From the human T2T-CHM13v2.0 reference genome, Homo sapiens, in NCBI RefSeq assembly GCF_009914755.1, contig NC_060947.1: DNA of 64,000 nt; one strand, 5' to 3'. Below, piece after piece: positions 33,263 through 48,569 of this stretch. The first letter of the stretch is position 1, and each line of letters opens with the position of its first letter. The notes under the pieces are model-generated. The model searched no databases. It was not told where the DNA came from and saw only the letters and a program-made list of their open reading frames with translations. A program made the translations under genes and the position numbers.

Positions 33263-34300
33263 TCTTTTTACTTTCTTGATGGTATCTTTTGATGCATAAA
33301 AGCTTCTGATTTTGATAAAGCTTATTTTTTATTGTTCATGTTTTTTATGTCCTGTCTAAGAGTCTTTTACCAAATCCTAGATCATAAAGATGTGTCCTTT
33401 TGTTTTCTTCTAATAATTTTATATTATTTTTACATTTAGGTAATTGAACCATCTTGATTTAGTAGTGTGAGGTAAGAGTTCAATTTCAATTTTTTACATA
33501 TGCCTGTTTAGTTGTCTCAGCACCATTTGTGGGTAAGACTGTTTCCCATTGAAAGGTATATTAATTTCCTAGGTCTACTATAACAAGTTACCACACACTA
33601 GATGGCTTAAACAGTTTATTGTCTTACAGTTCTGGAGGCCAGATGTTTCACGTTAAAGTGCTGCCAAGGCCATGCTCCCTTTGAATGGACTAGGAGAGGA
33701 TTTGTTCCAGGCTTCCCCTAGCTTCTGGTAGGAGGATTTTTCCTAGCTTTCTCATAGTTTCTGGTAGTTTTTTTGGCTTGTGGCAGCATAACTCCAATAT
33801 TCACATGGCATTCTCCCTGTATGTGTGTTTGTGTCCAAATTTATTTAAAAGTACACCTGTCATCTTGCAATAGAGATCCATCCTACTCCATTTTAACCTC
33901 ATCTTAACTAATTATATTGGAAACAACCATATTTCCAAATAAGGCCACATTTTGAGGCACTAGGGGGTTTGACTTCAACATATGAATTTCTGGGGAACAC
34001 AATTCATACCATAACAAAGTATCTTGGTACGCTTTTCTGAAATTAGCTGATCATAGATGTATGGGTTCATTTCTGGACTCTCAAATCTATTTCATTGATC
34101 TATCTGTCCATACTTGTGCTAGAACCACACTGTGATGATTACGTTTGCTTTGTAGTAAGATTTGAAATCAGTAAGTGTAAATTCTCTATTTTATTCTTTC
34201 TTTAAGTATTGTTTTAGCCATTCTGTGTTTCTTGTGACTCCATATGAATTTCAGAATCAGCTTGTCAATTATTACAAAAATGTCAGCTGAGATTTTGTTC
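33263..34300 (-). mobile_element. Second L1MB, part 2 (interrupted by MLT1B)
   Basis: Continues 22181 (ctttttactttcttgatggtatcttttgatgca). Confidence 0.75.
33557..34016 (-). mobile_element. MLT1B-type MaLR solo LTR
   Basis: tatattaatttcctagg...tcttacagttctggagg...acaattcataccataaca. Confidence 0.8.
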
Positions 34301-34463
34301 TTATTTTGGCTACAGATGTTTTACTACTTTCAAATCCAATGGAAAATTGTCAATTTTCTTATATCCCACAAATAAATCATTTCCATTGTAGAAAAACAGA
34401 AATACAAAAAGAAGAAAATTACAAAAGCATTTACAATCTCACCATGAAGAAAACTACTCTTTT

Positions 34464-36380
34464 TTTTTTTAAATTATACTTTAAGTTCTGGGATACATGT
34501 GCAGAACATGCAGGTATGTTTCATAGGTATACACATGCCATGGTGGTTTGCTGCACCCATCAACTCATTACCTACATAGTAGGTATTTCTCCTAATGCTA
34601 TCCCTCTGCTAACCTCCCACCCCCTGACAGGCCCCAGTGTGTGATGTTCCCTTCCCTGTGTCCGTGTGTTCTCATTGTTCAACTCCCACTTATGAGTGAG
34701 AACATGTGGTGTTTGGTTTTCTGTTCCTGTGTTAGTTTGCTGAGAATGATGGTTTCCAGCTTTATCCATGTCCCTTAAAAGGACATGAACTCATCCTTTC
34801 TGTGGCTGCATAGTATTCCATGGTGTATATGTACCACATTTTCTTTATCTAGTCTATCATTGATGGGCATTTGGGTTGGCTGCAAGTCTTTGCTATTGTG
34901 AACAGTGCTGCAATAAACATATGTGTGCATGTGTCTTTATAGTAGAATGATTTGTAATCCTTTGGGAATATACCCAGTAGTGGGATTGCTGGGTCAAATG
35001 GTATTTCTGGTTCTGGATCCTTGAGGAATTGCCACACTATCTTCCACAATGGTTGAACCAATTTACACTCCCACCAATAGTGTAAAAGCATTCCTATTTC
35101 TCCACATCCTCTCTGGCATGTGTTGTTTCCTGACTTTTTAATGATGGCCATTCTACCTGGCGTGAGATGGTATCTCATTGTGGTTTTGATTTGCATTTCT
35201 CTAATGACTAGTGATGATGAGCCTTTTTTTTTCATATGTTTGTTGGCCACATAAATGTCTTCTCTTGAGAAGTGTCTGTTCATATCCTTTGCCCATTCTT
35301 TGATGGGGTTGTTTTTTCTTGTAAATTTGTTTATTTCCCTTCTAGATTCTGGGTATTAGCCCTTTGTCAGATGGATACATTGCAAAAATTTTCTCCCATT
35401 CTATAGGTTGCCTGTTCATTCTGATGATAGTTTCTTTTGCTTTGCAGAAACTCTTTAGTTTAATTAGATCCCATTTGTCAATTTTGGCTTTTGTTGTCAT
35501 TGCTTTTGGTGTTTTAGTCATGAAGTCCTTGCCCACGCCTATGTCCTGAATGGTATTGCCTAAGTTTTCTTCTAGGGTTTTTATTGTTTTAGGTCTTATG
35601 TTTAAGTCTTTAATCCATCTTGAGTTAATTTTTGTATAAGGTGTAAGGAAGGGGTCCAGTTTCAGTTTTCTGCATATGCTATGGCTAGCTAGTTTTCCCA
35701 ACACCATTTATTAAATAGGGAATCCTCTTCCCATTGATTGTTTTTGTCAGGTTTGTCAAAGATCAGATGGTTGTAGCTGTGTGGCATTATTTCTGAGGCC
35801 TGTGTTCTGTTCCATTGGTCTATATATCCGTTTTGGTACCAGTACCATGCTGTTTTGGTTACTCGAAGCCTTGCAGTGTAGTTTGAGGTCAGGTAGCGTG
35901 ATGCCTTCAGCTTTGTTCTTTTTGCTTAGGATTGTCTGGCTACGTGGGCTCTTTTTGGTTCCATATAAACTTTAAAGTAGTTTTTTCTAATTCTGTGAAG
36001 AAAGTCAATGATAGATTGTTGGGGATAGCATTGAATCTATAAATTAGTTTGGGCATTGTGGCCATTTTTACAATATTCATTGTTCCTTTCCCTGAGCATG
36101 GAATGTTTTTCCATTTGTTTGTGTCCTATCTTATTTTCTTGAGCCGTGGTTTGTAGTTCTCTTTGAAGGGGTCCTTCACATCCCTTGTAAGTTGTATTCC
36201 TAGGTATTTTATTCTCTTTGTAACTATCGTGAATGGGAGTTCACTCATGATTTGGCTCTCTATTATTGGCGTATAGGAATGCGTGTGATTTTTGCACATT
36301 GATTTTGAATCCTGAGACTTTGCTGAAGATGCCCATCAGCTTAAGGAGATTTTGGGCTGAGGCAATGGGGTTTTCTAAAT
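34464..36380 (-). mobile_element. L1PA7-like L1, 5'-truncated (~1.9 kb)
   Basis: ttaagttctgggatacatgtgcagaac 3' end; 17-bp TSD aagaaaac(t/a)actctttt at 34447-34463 and 36381-36397, with a TTTT/AA nick site. Confidence 0.92.
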
Positions 36381-36415
36381 AAGAAAACAACTCTTTTAAT
36401 TTTTGATATATATCT

Positions 36416-36841
36416 TGTTGCAGGGGAGCAATGTCTATCAGTGCCAGTGGCACAGGGGTAAATGAATTAAAAGATAGTTTTAGGTAAAGAAAGGAGGATT
36501 TATTAGAGAAAGTAGCAAAATACATTGCAAAAAGGCAACAGGCAGGATCAGTAGAAGAGAAGCGAACTGTAAAGAAACAAAGGATTGCTGGGGATTTTAT
36601 AGAATAGTGTTTATACTGTATGCTGAATAGGGCTTTGTTGAGTACTGAAGATGCCAAAGTTGCAGTGAGCTAACTTGCAGGGGTCTGCTGATAGTTGAGT
36701 ACAGAAAGATTGTGAATTATTTGCAAAGGAGGGCTACGTGTTCTGGACCATGAAGAAAGGCAGACTTATAGCTTGTCTGCTTTCTCTTTATTCTTCCCTG
36801 GTCCCACCAGCCTGACTCCTTTCCCTTATTAGCACTCCATA
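36416..36841 (-). mobile_element. ERV1 solo LTR (LTR23-like)
   Basis: Minus strand begins tatggagtgctaataagggaaaggagtcaggctggtgggaccaggg and ends ...caaca; internal AATAAA. Confidence 0.7.
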
Positions 36842-37391
36842 TATATTTTCATGCTTTTTAAGCCTATACATGCAAAAAAACACCATTTTTCTTCCCTCAC
36901 ATTGAGAAATCTACAAATATTGCTACTGTTATCAATATTATTGAGACTCTTTCCTCATATGTTAATGAAAATGAGAAACCTTCAGAAGGACTTCACCCAT
37001 TGTTTTTTAATTTTTTAAATTTTATCATTAAAAATGCATACCCTTGAAGAAACTGGAACCCTCATACATTGCTGGTGGGAACATAAAATGATGCAGCCAC
37101 TGTAGAAACAATCTGGCAATTACTCAAAAAATTAAACATAGAATTAACATATGACGCAGAAATTCCACTCCTAAGTATATATCCAAAAGAACTAAAAACA
37201 GGGATTCAGACAGATACAAGTGTACTAATGTTCATAGCAGCATTATTCACAGTAGCCAAAAAGTGAAAACAACACATGTCCATCAAGAGATGAATGGGTA
37301 AACAAAGTGTGGTATATACATACAATAAAATATTATTCAGCCATAAAAGTGAGTAAAGTTCTGATACATGCTACAACATGGATGACTTTTT

Positions 37392-37696
37392 TCTTTCTTT
37401 CTTTTTTTTTTTTTTATACAAAGTCTTGCTCTGTCACCCAGGCTGGAGTGCAGTGGTGCGATCTTGGCTCACTGAAGCCTCCACTTCCTGGGTTCAAATG
37501 ATTCTCCTGCCTCAGTCTCCCAAGTAGCTGGGATTGCAGGTGCCTGCCATCATGCCTGGCTAATTTTTGTATTTTTAGTAGAGATAGGGTTTCACCCTCT
37601 TGGCCAGGCTGGTCTCGAACTCCTGACCTCAAGTGACCCACCCACCTCAGCCTCCCAAGGTGCTGGGATTACAGGCGTGAGCCACCACACCCAGCC
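37392..37696 (-). mobile_element. AluS (Sx/Sz-like)
   Basis: Full dimer in antisense; TSD gatga(c/a)ttttt at 37381-37391 and 37698-37708. Confidence 0.95.
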
Positions 37697-38000
37697 AGAT
37701 GAATTTTTAAAACATTATCTTAAGTGAAACAAGCCAGACATAAAAGCACAAATACTGTGTGATTTTACTTATCTGAAATATATAGAATAGGCAAATACTT
37801 GGAGATGGAAGTAGATTACAGGTTACCAGTAGATGGCAGAAAGGAGAATAGGGAGTTATGGGAGTTATGGTTTAATGAATACAGAGTTTCTGTTTGGGAT
37901 GATGAAAATTTTAGAAATAGTGGTTATGGTTGCACAACAATGTGAATGTAATTAATGCCACTGAATCATACACTTGGAAATGGATTAAATGGCCAATTTT

Positions 38001-38048
38001 ATTATATATATATGTGTATATATATATATATATATACACATATATATA
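38001..38048. repeat. (TA)n microsatellite
   Basis: attatatatatatgtgtatatatatatatatatatacacatatatata. Confidence 0.85.
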
Positions 38049-38139
38049 ACCACAATTAAAGAGTAGTAATATAAAATGCATTCCTATTTATCTTCCGATA
38101 AACTGCATTTGCCTTGGAAGAGATTAAAATATTCAATCA

Positions 38140-38462
<323 letters not shown>

Positions 38463-38739
38463 TCAATGTAGATTGAATAGGATATAAAGGACTTATAACA
38501 GTTCCTGGAACATAGTTAAATTCTCAAGAAATACTTAGGTATTACTCTTATTATTTAATATAATCCCATATTATTACTTTTTTCAATTGGTTATATTGTA
38601 AGCATTTTCCCACATCAATAAATATAGAAGTATGTCATAATTTCTAATAACTATATAATACTTAATATCACTTTTACCATGTTATTTAACAAATCTCTTA
38701 AATTTTAGTATTTATGTTACTTTGATATTATATCAATCT

Positions 38740-39495
38740 TTATCTTATGTGACATCCCTGGGACATTTGAAGCTTAATTACTCCCTTGTTGAAATTCTCC
38801 ATTCGTTGGTTTTCCATCACACCAGACTTTCTTCCTATCCTTCTGACTTATCTTTCTCTTTGCTGATTTCTCTTCCTCTGACTACCCCATAAATGAAGGA
38901 GTTCTATAGGATTCTTTTTTTTCATCCTTATTTCTTCTCTTTCTTCACCCTTTCTGTGAAGAAATGATTTACTTCCATGGATTGAACTAATACTTGTGTG
39001 GTGATGACTCCCCACGTTCTTACCTCTAGCTCAGAACCCTCTCCTGAGAATTAAAGCTTTATTTGTGGCTGCCTCCTGGATACTTGTTCCTAGATGTCTT
39101 ACAGGTATCTTAAACTCAATTTATTGTTATCTTCCGCCTACCCCACTACCTATATTCTCTCTCTCAAAGAAAGCCACTGCCATTCAAAATTTTCCAAGTT
39201 AGAAGCTTGGGGGAATCATCCTTAATTCTGTTCTCTCCTTCTCACCTTACTTGTAGCGTTTTTGTTTGTTTGTTTGTTTTGCCACTGAATATCGCTCAAA
39301 TCTACTTGGTCCTATCTAAGCCTAATTGTCCAAGTGAGGTCTCTTTAAATTTCTTACTTGATATATCATAATAGCTTTAAGGTTTATACATGATCTTATT
39401 AACTTCTTACCTTGCCCCACTTTACGTTTACCCTTGAATCAACTGAAAATCTGCATAATATCCTTAGTGAGTCACCACTGCCTACAAAACAAACT
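38740..39495 (+). mobile_element. L2 fragment
   Basis: Pyrimidine-rich L2 motifs (gatgactcccac...tctagctcagaaccctctcctgag...tgcctcctggatac...aggtatcttaaactcaa). Confidence 0.7.
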
Positions 39496-39497
39496 TT

Positions 39498-41441
39498 GAG
39501 TGAGATTTGGGTGGGTACACAGAGCCAAACCATATCATTCCACCCCAGTCCCCCTGAAATCTCATGTCCTCACATTTCAAAACTAATCATGTTTTCCCAA
39601 TAGTTCCCTGAAGTCTTAACTTATTTTACCATTAACTCAAAAGTCCACAGTCCAAAGTCTCATCTGAGACAAGGCAAGTCCCTTCCACCTACAAGCCTGT
39701 AAAATCACAAGCAAGTTAGTTACTTCTTAGATATAATGGGGGGTAGAGGCATTGGGTAAATACCCTCATTCCAACTGGGAGAAATAGGCCAAAAAGAAGG
39801 GGCTACAGGCCCCATGCAAGTCCAAAATTGAGCAGGACAGTCAAATCTTAAAGCTCCAAAATGATCTCCTTTGACTCCATGTCTCACATCCACATCATGC
39901 TAATGCAAGAGGTAGGCTCCTACAGCCTTGGGAAGCTCCACCCCTGTGGCTTTGCAGGATATAGCCCTCCCTCCTGGCTGCTTTCATAGGCTGGTGTTGA
40001 GTGTCTGTGGCTTTTCCAAGTGCATGGTGCAAGCTATTGGTGGATCTATTTTTCTGGGATCTGGAGGACAGTTACCCTCTTCTCACAGCTTCACTAGACA
40101 GTGTCCCAGTGGGGACTCGGTGGGGGTTCACACTCTACATTTCCCTTTCGCATTGCTCTAGCAGAGGTTTTCCATGAGGGCTCTGCCCCTGCAACACACC
40201 TCTGCCTATACATCCGGGCATTTCCATACATCCTCCGAAATCTAGGTGGAGGTTCCCAAACCTTAATTCTTGACTTCTGTGCACCCACCAGCTCAACACA
40301 ACATGGAAGCTGCCAAGGCTTGGGGTTTGCATCCTCTAAAGCCGTGGCCCAAACTGTACTTTGGCCCCTTTTAGCCTCTGCTGGAGTGGCTGGAATGCAG
40401 GGCACCAAGTCCCTAGACTGCACAGAGCAGAGAGTCCCTGGGCCCAGCCCATGAAACCATTTTTTCCTCCTAGGCTTGTGGGCCTGTGATGGGAGGGGCT
40501 GCTGTAAAGGTCTCTGACATTCCCTGGAGAAATTTTTCCCATTGTCTTGGTGGTTAACATTTGGCTCCTTGTTACTTATGCAAATTTCTGCAGCCAGCTT
40601 GATTTTCTCATCAGAAAATGGGTTTTTCTTTTCTATTGCATCATCAGACTGCAAATTTTCTAAAACTTTATGCTATTTCCCTTTTAAAACTGAATGCTTT
40701 TAATGGCACCCAAGTCACCTCTTGAATGCTTTGCTGCTTAGAAATTTCTTCTGCCAGATACCCTAAATCATCTCCCTCAAGTTCAAAGTTTCACAAATCT
40801 CTAGAGCAGGGGAAAAATGCTGCAAGTCTCTTTGCTAAAGCATAGCTAGAGTCACCTTTATTCCAGTTCCCAACAAGTTCCTCATCTCCATCTGAGATGA
40901 GAAGCATTTGGTCAAAGCCATTCAACAAGTCTCTAGGAAGTTCCAAATTTTTCACATCATCCATTCTTCCAAGCCTTCCAAACTGTTCCAACCTCTGCCT
41001 GTTACACAATTCCAAAGACATTTTCACATTTTTTGGGTATCTTTACAGCAGCATCCCACTCTACTGGTACCAATTATCTCTGTTAGTTTTTTCTTATGCC
41101 ATTAATAAAGACATACCCAAGACTGGGTAATTTATAAAGAAAAAAAGATTTAATGGACTCACAGTTCCACGTGGCTGGGGAGGCCTCACAATCATAGTGT
41201 GAGGCAAAGGAGGAGCAAAGTCATGTCTTACATGGCAGCAGGCAAGAGGGAGCGTGTGCAGGGGAACTCCCCTTTATAAAACCATCAGATCTCATGAGAC
41301 TTATTTACTACCAGAAGAACAGCACAGGGAAAACCCACCCCAATAATTCCATTACCTCCCACCAGGTCCCTCCCATGACACATGGGGATTATTACAATTC
41401 AAGGTGATATTTGTATGGGGACACAAAGCCAAACCATATCA
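39498..41441 (-). mobile_element. THE1 (THE1C-like) MaLR: full 5' LTR ~41079-41441, internal region, 3' LTR reduced to ~40 bp
   Basis: LTR start tgatatggtttggc on the minus strand at 41441 and at 39537; PBS-like ttggtaccagtagag; PPT ggggactggggtggaa; MaLR ORF remnant at 40094..40654. Confidence 0.9.
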
Positions 41442-41444
41442 GGT

Positions 41445-41708
41445 GTCTATTATCATTCTTTTTATACTGTATCTTCATTGTTTACTTATGTGTCTATCTC
41501 TTCACTAGGGCTCCTTGGGGGGTTATCTCTTATTCATTTATTAATTCTCTAAATCTCTAAATCCAATCTTACATCATGCATAATTGAGACACATTACATT
41601 ACATATTATTGTGACTCTTTTCTCATATATTAATGGAAGTGAGAAGCATAATATCCTTTATATGTATTTGAATATTAATAAATATTTGTCGAGCAAATGA
41701 ATAAATCA
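41445..41708 (+). mobile_element. L2 3' end
   Basis: tgtctatctcttcactagggctcc...aataaatatttgtcgagcaaatgaataaat. Confidence 0.6.
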
Positions 41709-42929
41709 ACTTAAAGCTGTTTATCTTTTAATACTTTTGAGCCTCAGGGGACATGATTAACTTTTGGGGTGTCATGGGTTTATTGGCTAGAGCTTCCACC
41801 CAGAAACTGAAAAACTCATGTCCTGACTAGCCAACCAAGATCAATTTCTCTCCAAGTTTACTATCCTTTGCAGAACAGTTGGAAGCTTTTATTAGACCAG
41901 ATATCAATCACTGCTGTGTCTATTGTGTAACAGTCAAGTCAGTTTAGCCTATTCCTAGCCAACTTTACCACCAGATATGGCCCAGTTTAGAGCCCTTTCT
42001 CCATACAGATGGCCTGTACCACCTCCTGCTAATAACAACAAAAAAAATCTCTATCTCCCTATGAGGGCCAGGTACAATACTATACTATGTCTATAAAGTC
42101 TCTGTTCCTCTCAGCTTGGCATATACCTATTGGCTACAAGTCCAAACTCTGGTTAGTCTGACAATCACAGGGCTTTCTTTCTCTGGGCTTTCTTCAAAGG
42201 GTCAGATTTTGGAATTACTGGAGTCCTGGTTTCTGTTGAGCTAATAGCACTTGGAGGCTGATTAAGATGTTAATGATCCAGGTAAATAATAAAATATTCC
42301 TACAATGTATCTTTGGTTGAGCCCAATACTTTCAAGATGAAGAGTGGAAATAAATATTGATAGAGAACTCAGAACTAACTCATTCCTCCAACTATTCCAT
42401 GGTAATAGAACAAGGTGTTTTTTTTTTTTTTTTTCTGAATGGGTCCAGACTTCACCTACTAGAAATTTGTGAAATTTGCTGAATTTCTTTACTAGATTAT
42501 GTCGATTGTCTAGAGATGCAGAAATGGAGCACATACACCGTAGCATAGCAAGAATTAAGGAATACTGCATTATATAGGCAAAGGAGACTGGGAAATTCTG
42601 TAAAGTAAGAGTCTTCCAGGGCTGGATATTGAATTAGTTTTCTGTTTTATCCATTTAAGAAGAAAAAATTCTATTTAACACGCATTAGATACACGGTTTC
42701 TCCATATTTTCCAAATATCATATTTTCATACCATGAACATTAAAACGATTGATATTTATAATTAAAGCAAAAGATCTAAGTGGAATATTTATTTCTATAT
42801 ACAGTTCAGAAAATGTAAGCTAATGCTACAATCTACTGTCCGTTTTATCTTTAATGTACACAGAGAAAAGCCTCCTGTTGACATGTAGAAAACCAAAAGG
42901 ACTTCATTTAAGTTACAGCCTCACTTTTT

Positions 42930-43085
42930 TTATTTGAGGGCCATTGAGCAAGTTAATGCACCTCTATGATTCAGTTTACTGCTTTTGTGAAGTAACAATG
43001 GTTATATCACCTATCTCTACTTCACAGAGCTGGTGCTGTCAAGGATCAAATGAGATTATGTATGTGAAATCACCTTGAAAAGGAT
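42930..43085 (+). mobile_element. MIR/MIR3
   Basis: ttgagcaagttaatgcacctct...cagtttac...cttcacagagctgg...aggatcaaatgagat. Confidence 0.65.
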
Positions 43086-43280
43086 TTCACAGATATAAGA
43101 TTTCACCACAGATATAAGACATTATTGCAGCTGCTGTGAAGCAAATTTTGGAACAATGGATAGATTCATTGTATAAAAGGTAAGGGACTATTAATTTGAG
43201 ATTGGTATTGGGATAACTTTTTATGCTCATTCAGTTTTCAGATATATCAGACTTTACATATTTGATAGAAAAATTATTAG

Positions 43281-44107
43281 TGAAATGGGAAAAGTTCCCT
43301 TGTTCTCCTCGCAGGATATGTGACAGGAGGAGTGGCTCACTTCTTTAGTGTCCTGCTGCTCAAACCTCTAGGGGAGCATACAGATGGGCAGTTTGTGGGG
43401 CTCTGACCCCACAGCAGCATCTAGGGGTGGATGTTTACAGCTCCTGAAGCTCCAGTGGGCTTGTGTTACAGGGTGTTCCTTAACTTTGCCATCTATAGGC
43501 GGCTTGTGTTAACCAGCTCAGTTAGACCCTCTAGCTTGTCACAAGGACAGAGGGCTTTCTGTATCCTGCGTTCTTGCCTTGGTGTACTGGAAGAATTGGA
43601 TCACACGTGGGCTTGGAGAATGAGTGCAAGGTTTTATTGAGTGGAAGTAGCTCTCAGCAGATAGGGGAGCCAGAAGAGAGATGGTTTTTCCCTAGAGTCA
43701 GGCCACTTGGTGGCCCGAGCACTCCTCTGATTGCCCCAGCCAAACTCCACATCTTTCTGCCAGTCAGTGGCCTGCTGGCATGCTGGTGCCTGTTGGTGCA
43801 TTCCTCTTGACATCTAGCCACTTGTGTGTTCCTCCATTGATGTGCTCCTCTCAACGTCCAGCCACTTCTATCTCTGTGTTCCTAGGGTCTCCATCTTTTA
43901 TAGGCACAGGTTGGGGGTTTGGCAGGTGAGGGTGGTCATGGGAATTGCAACATTTGGGCAGGAAAATGAAAATGCCTGTCCTCACCTAGGTCCACGGGGG
44001 GTGGAGCCCTAGCCAGGGACCAACCCTCCTCTACCCAGCGTTTTCCTTCCCCGCATCCGTATCATTTAAAAGGACCATGCTCTTCCCTTCCCAGCACTTC
44101 CGTATCA
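43281..44107 (-). mobile_element. LTR1-family (ERV1, HUERS-P2 type) solo LTR
   Basis: Minus strand starts tgatacggaagtgctgggaagggaag...ctagggctccacccc and ends ...cccatttca; 4-bp TSD ttag/ttac. Confidence 0.85.
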
Positions 44108-44421
44108 TTACTAAGTAAAATTTGTTAATGCGGTGATTATGCAGTTGCTGTAACTTATCCTGAAGTTTAAAAACTGCAGCAACCAAATGTATAACTTTGC
44201 TGCCTCTTGCTCTTGAGAGCGAATGCATGGAGAACTTCTGAATTGTTGGGAGGGTGAAATGAGAAAAAGTATAGAAATTATCTCACATAATACGTCTCAT
44301 TAAAAAATATTTCATATTCATTTTTTAATTGAACAGACATGTCTTTAGTTCTTTAGTACAAAATTAGCTAGATCCATAGTCTCCTAGATGTTGTGGAAAC
44401 CAAAGATGATTAAGAAAATAT

Positions 44422-44506
44422 CTGGATGATGAAATAATATATACAACAAATCCTCATGACAAGCGTGCACATGTACCCCTGAACATAAAATAAAAGTTTT
44501 AAAAAA
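44422..44506 (+). mobile_element. Short L1PA (PA8-13-like) 3' fragment
   Basis: gatgaaataatatatacaacaaatcctcatgac...tgcacatgtacccctgaacataaaataaaag. Confidence 0.65.
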
Positions 44507-45149
44507 GAAATCAGATACAGCAATCCCACTAAAGGGAATTTATCTAAAGGAAAGAAAATCATTATATTGAAGAGACATCTGTACCTGCATGTTCATTGCC
44601 ACTCTATTCACAATAGCCAAGATATGGAATTAACCTAAGTGTCCATCAATGGATAAATGAAGAAAGTAGGGTATATATTCACAATGGAATACTGTTAAGC
44701 CATTAAAACAAATGAAACCTTGTCATATGTGACAATATGGATGGAATTGGAGGATGTTACGTTGAGTGAAATAAGCCAGGAACAGATAGTTGATGGTGGC
44801 ATGTTCCCATTCATATGTGGAAGCTAAAAAATGTTTATCTCATAGAAATGAAAAGTAGAACAGAGGATACTAGAGGCTGGGAAGGGGAAAAGGAAAGGGA
44901 GAGATTTATTAAAGGATATGAAATTACAGCTAGATAGGGGGAGTAACTTCTAGTGTTCTATAGCACTGAAGGATGAAACAATAATATATAGTTTTGAATA
45001 GCTAGAAGGAGGAAAGGAGGATATTGAATGTTCCCAACACAAAGAAATGACAAGTATTTGAGATTATAGATATGTTAAGTACCCGGATCTGATCACTATA
45101 CATTATATGCATTTAAACATCACTATGTACTCCATGAATATGTACAATT
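44507..45149 (+). mobile_element. L1MA 3' end (last ~45 bp at 48570-48615)
   Basis: agcaatcccact...agacatctgtacctgcatgttc...aaattacagctagatagg...cactatgtactccatgaatatgtacaatt. Confidence 0.85.

Positions 45150-48569
<3,420 letters not shown>

Larger units (their letters stand above)
37024..38060 (+). mobile_element. L1MB 3' end (interrupted by Alu)
   Basis: aactggaaccctcatacattgctggtggga...ggttgcacaacaatgtgaatgta...cacaattaaa. Confidence 0.85.

Noticed and set aside
37414-37641. Alu-derived ORFs (also 51909-52172 and 58898-59134)
   Set aside because: These are typical Alu translation artefacts.
44015-44107. ~46-bp direct repeat (ttccc...ccgtatcatt) at the LTR end
   Set aside because: As I recall, this is a native feature of LTR1-family consensuses.
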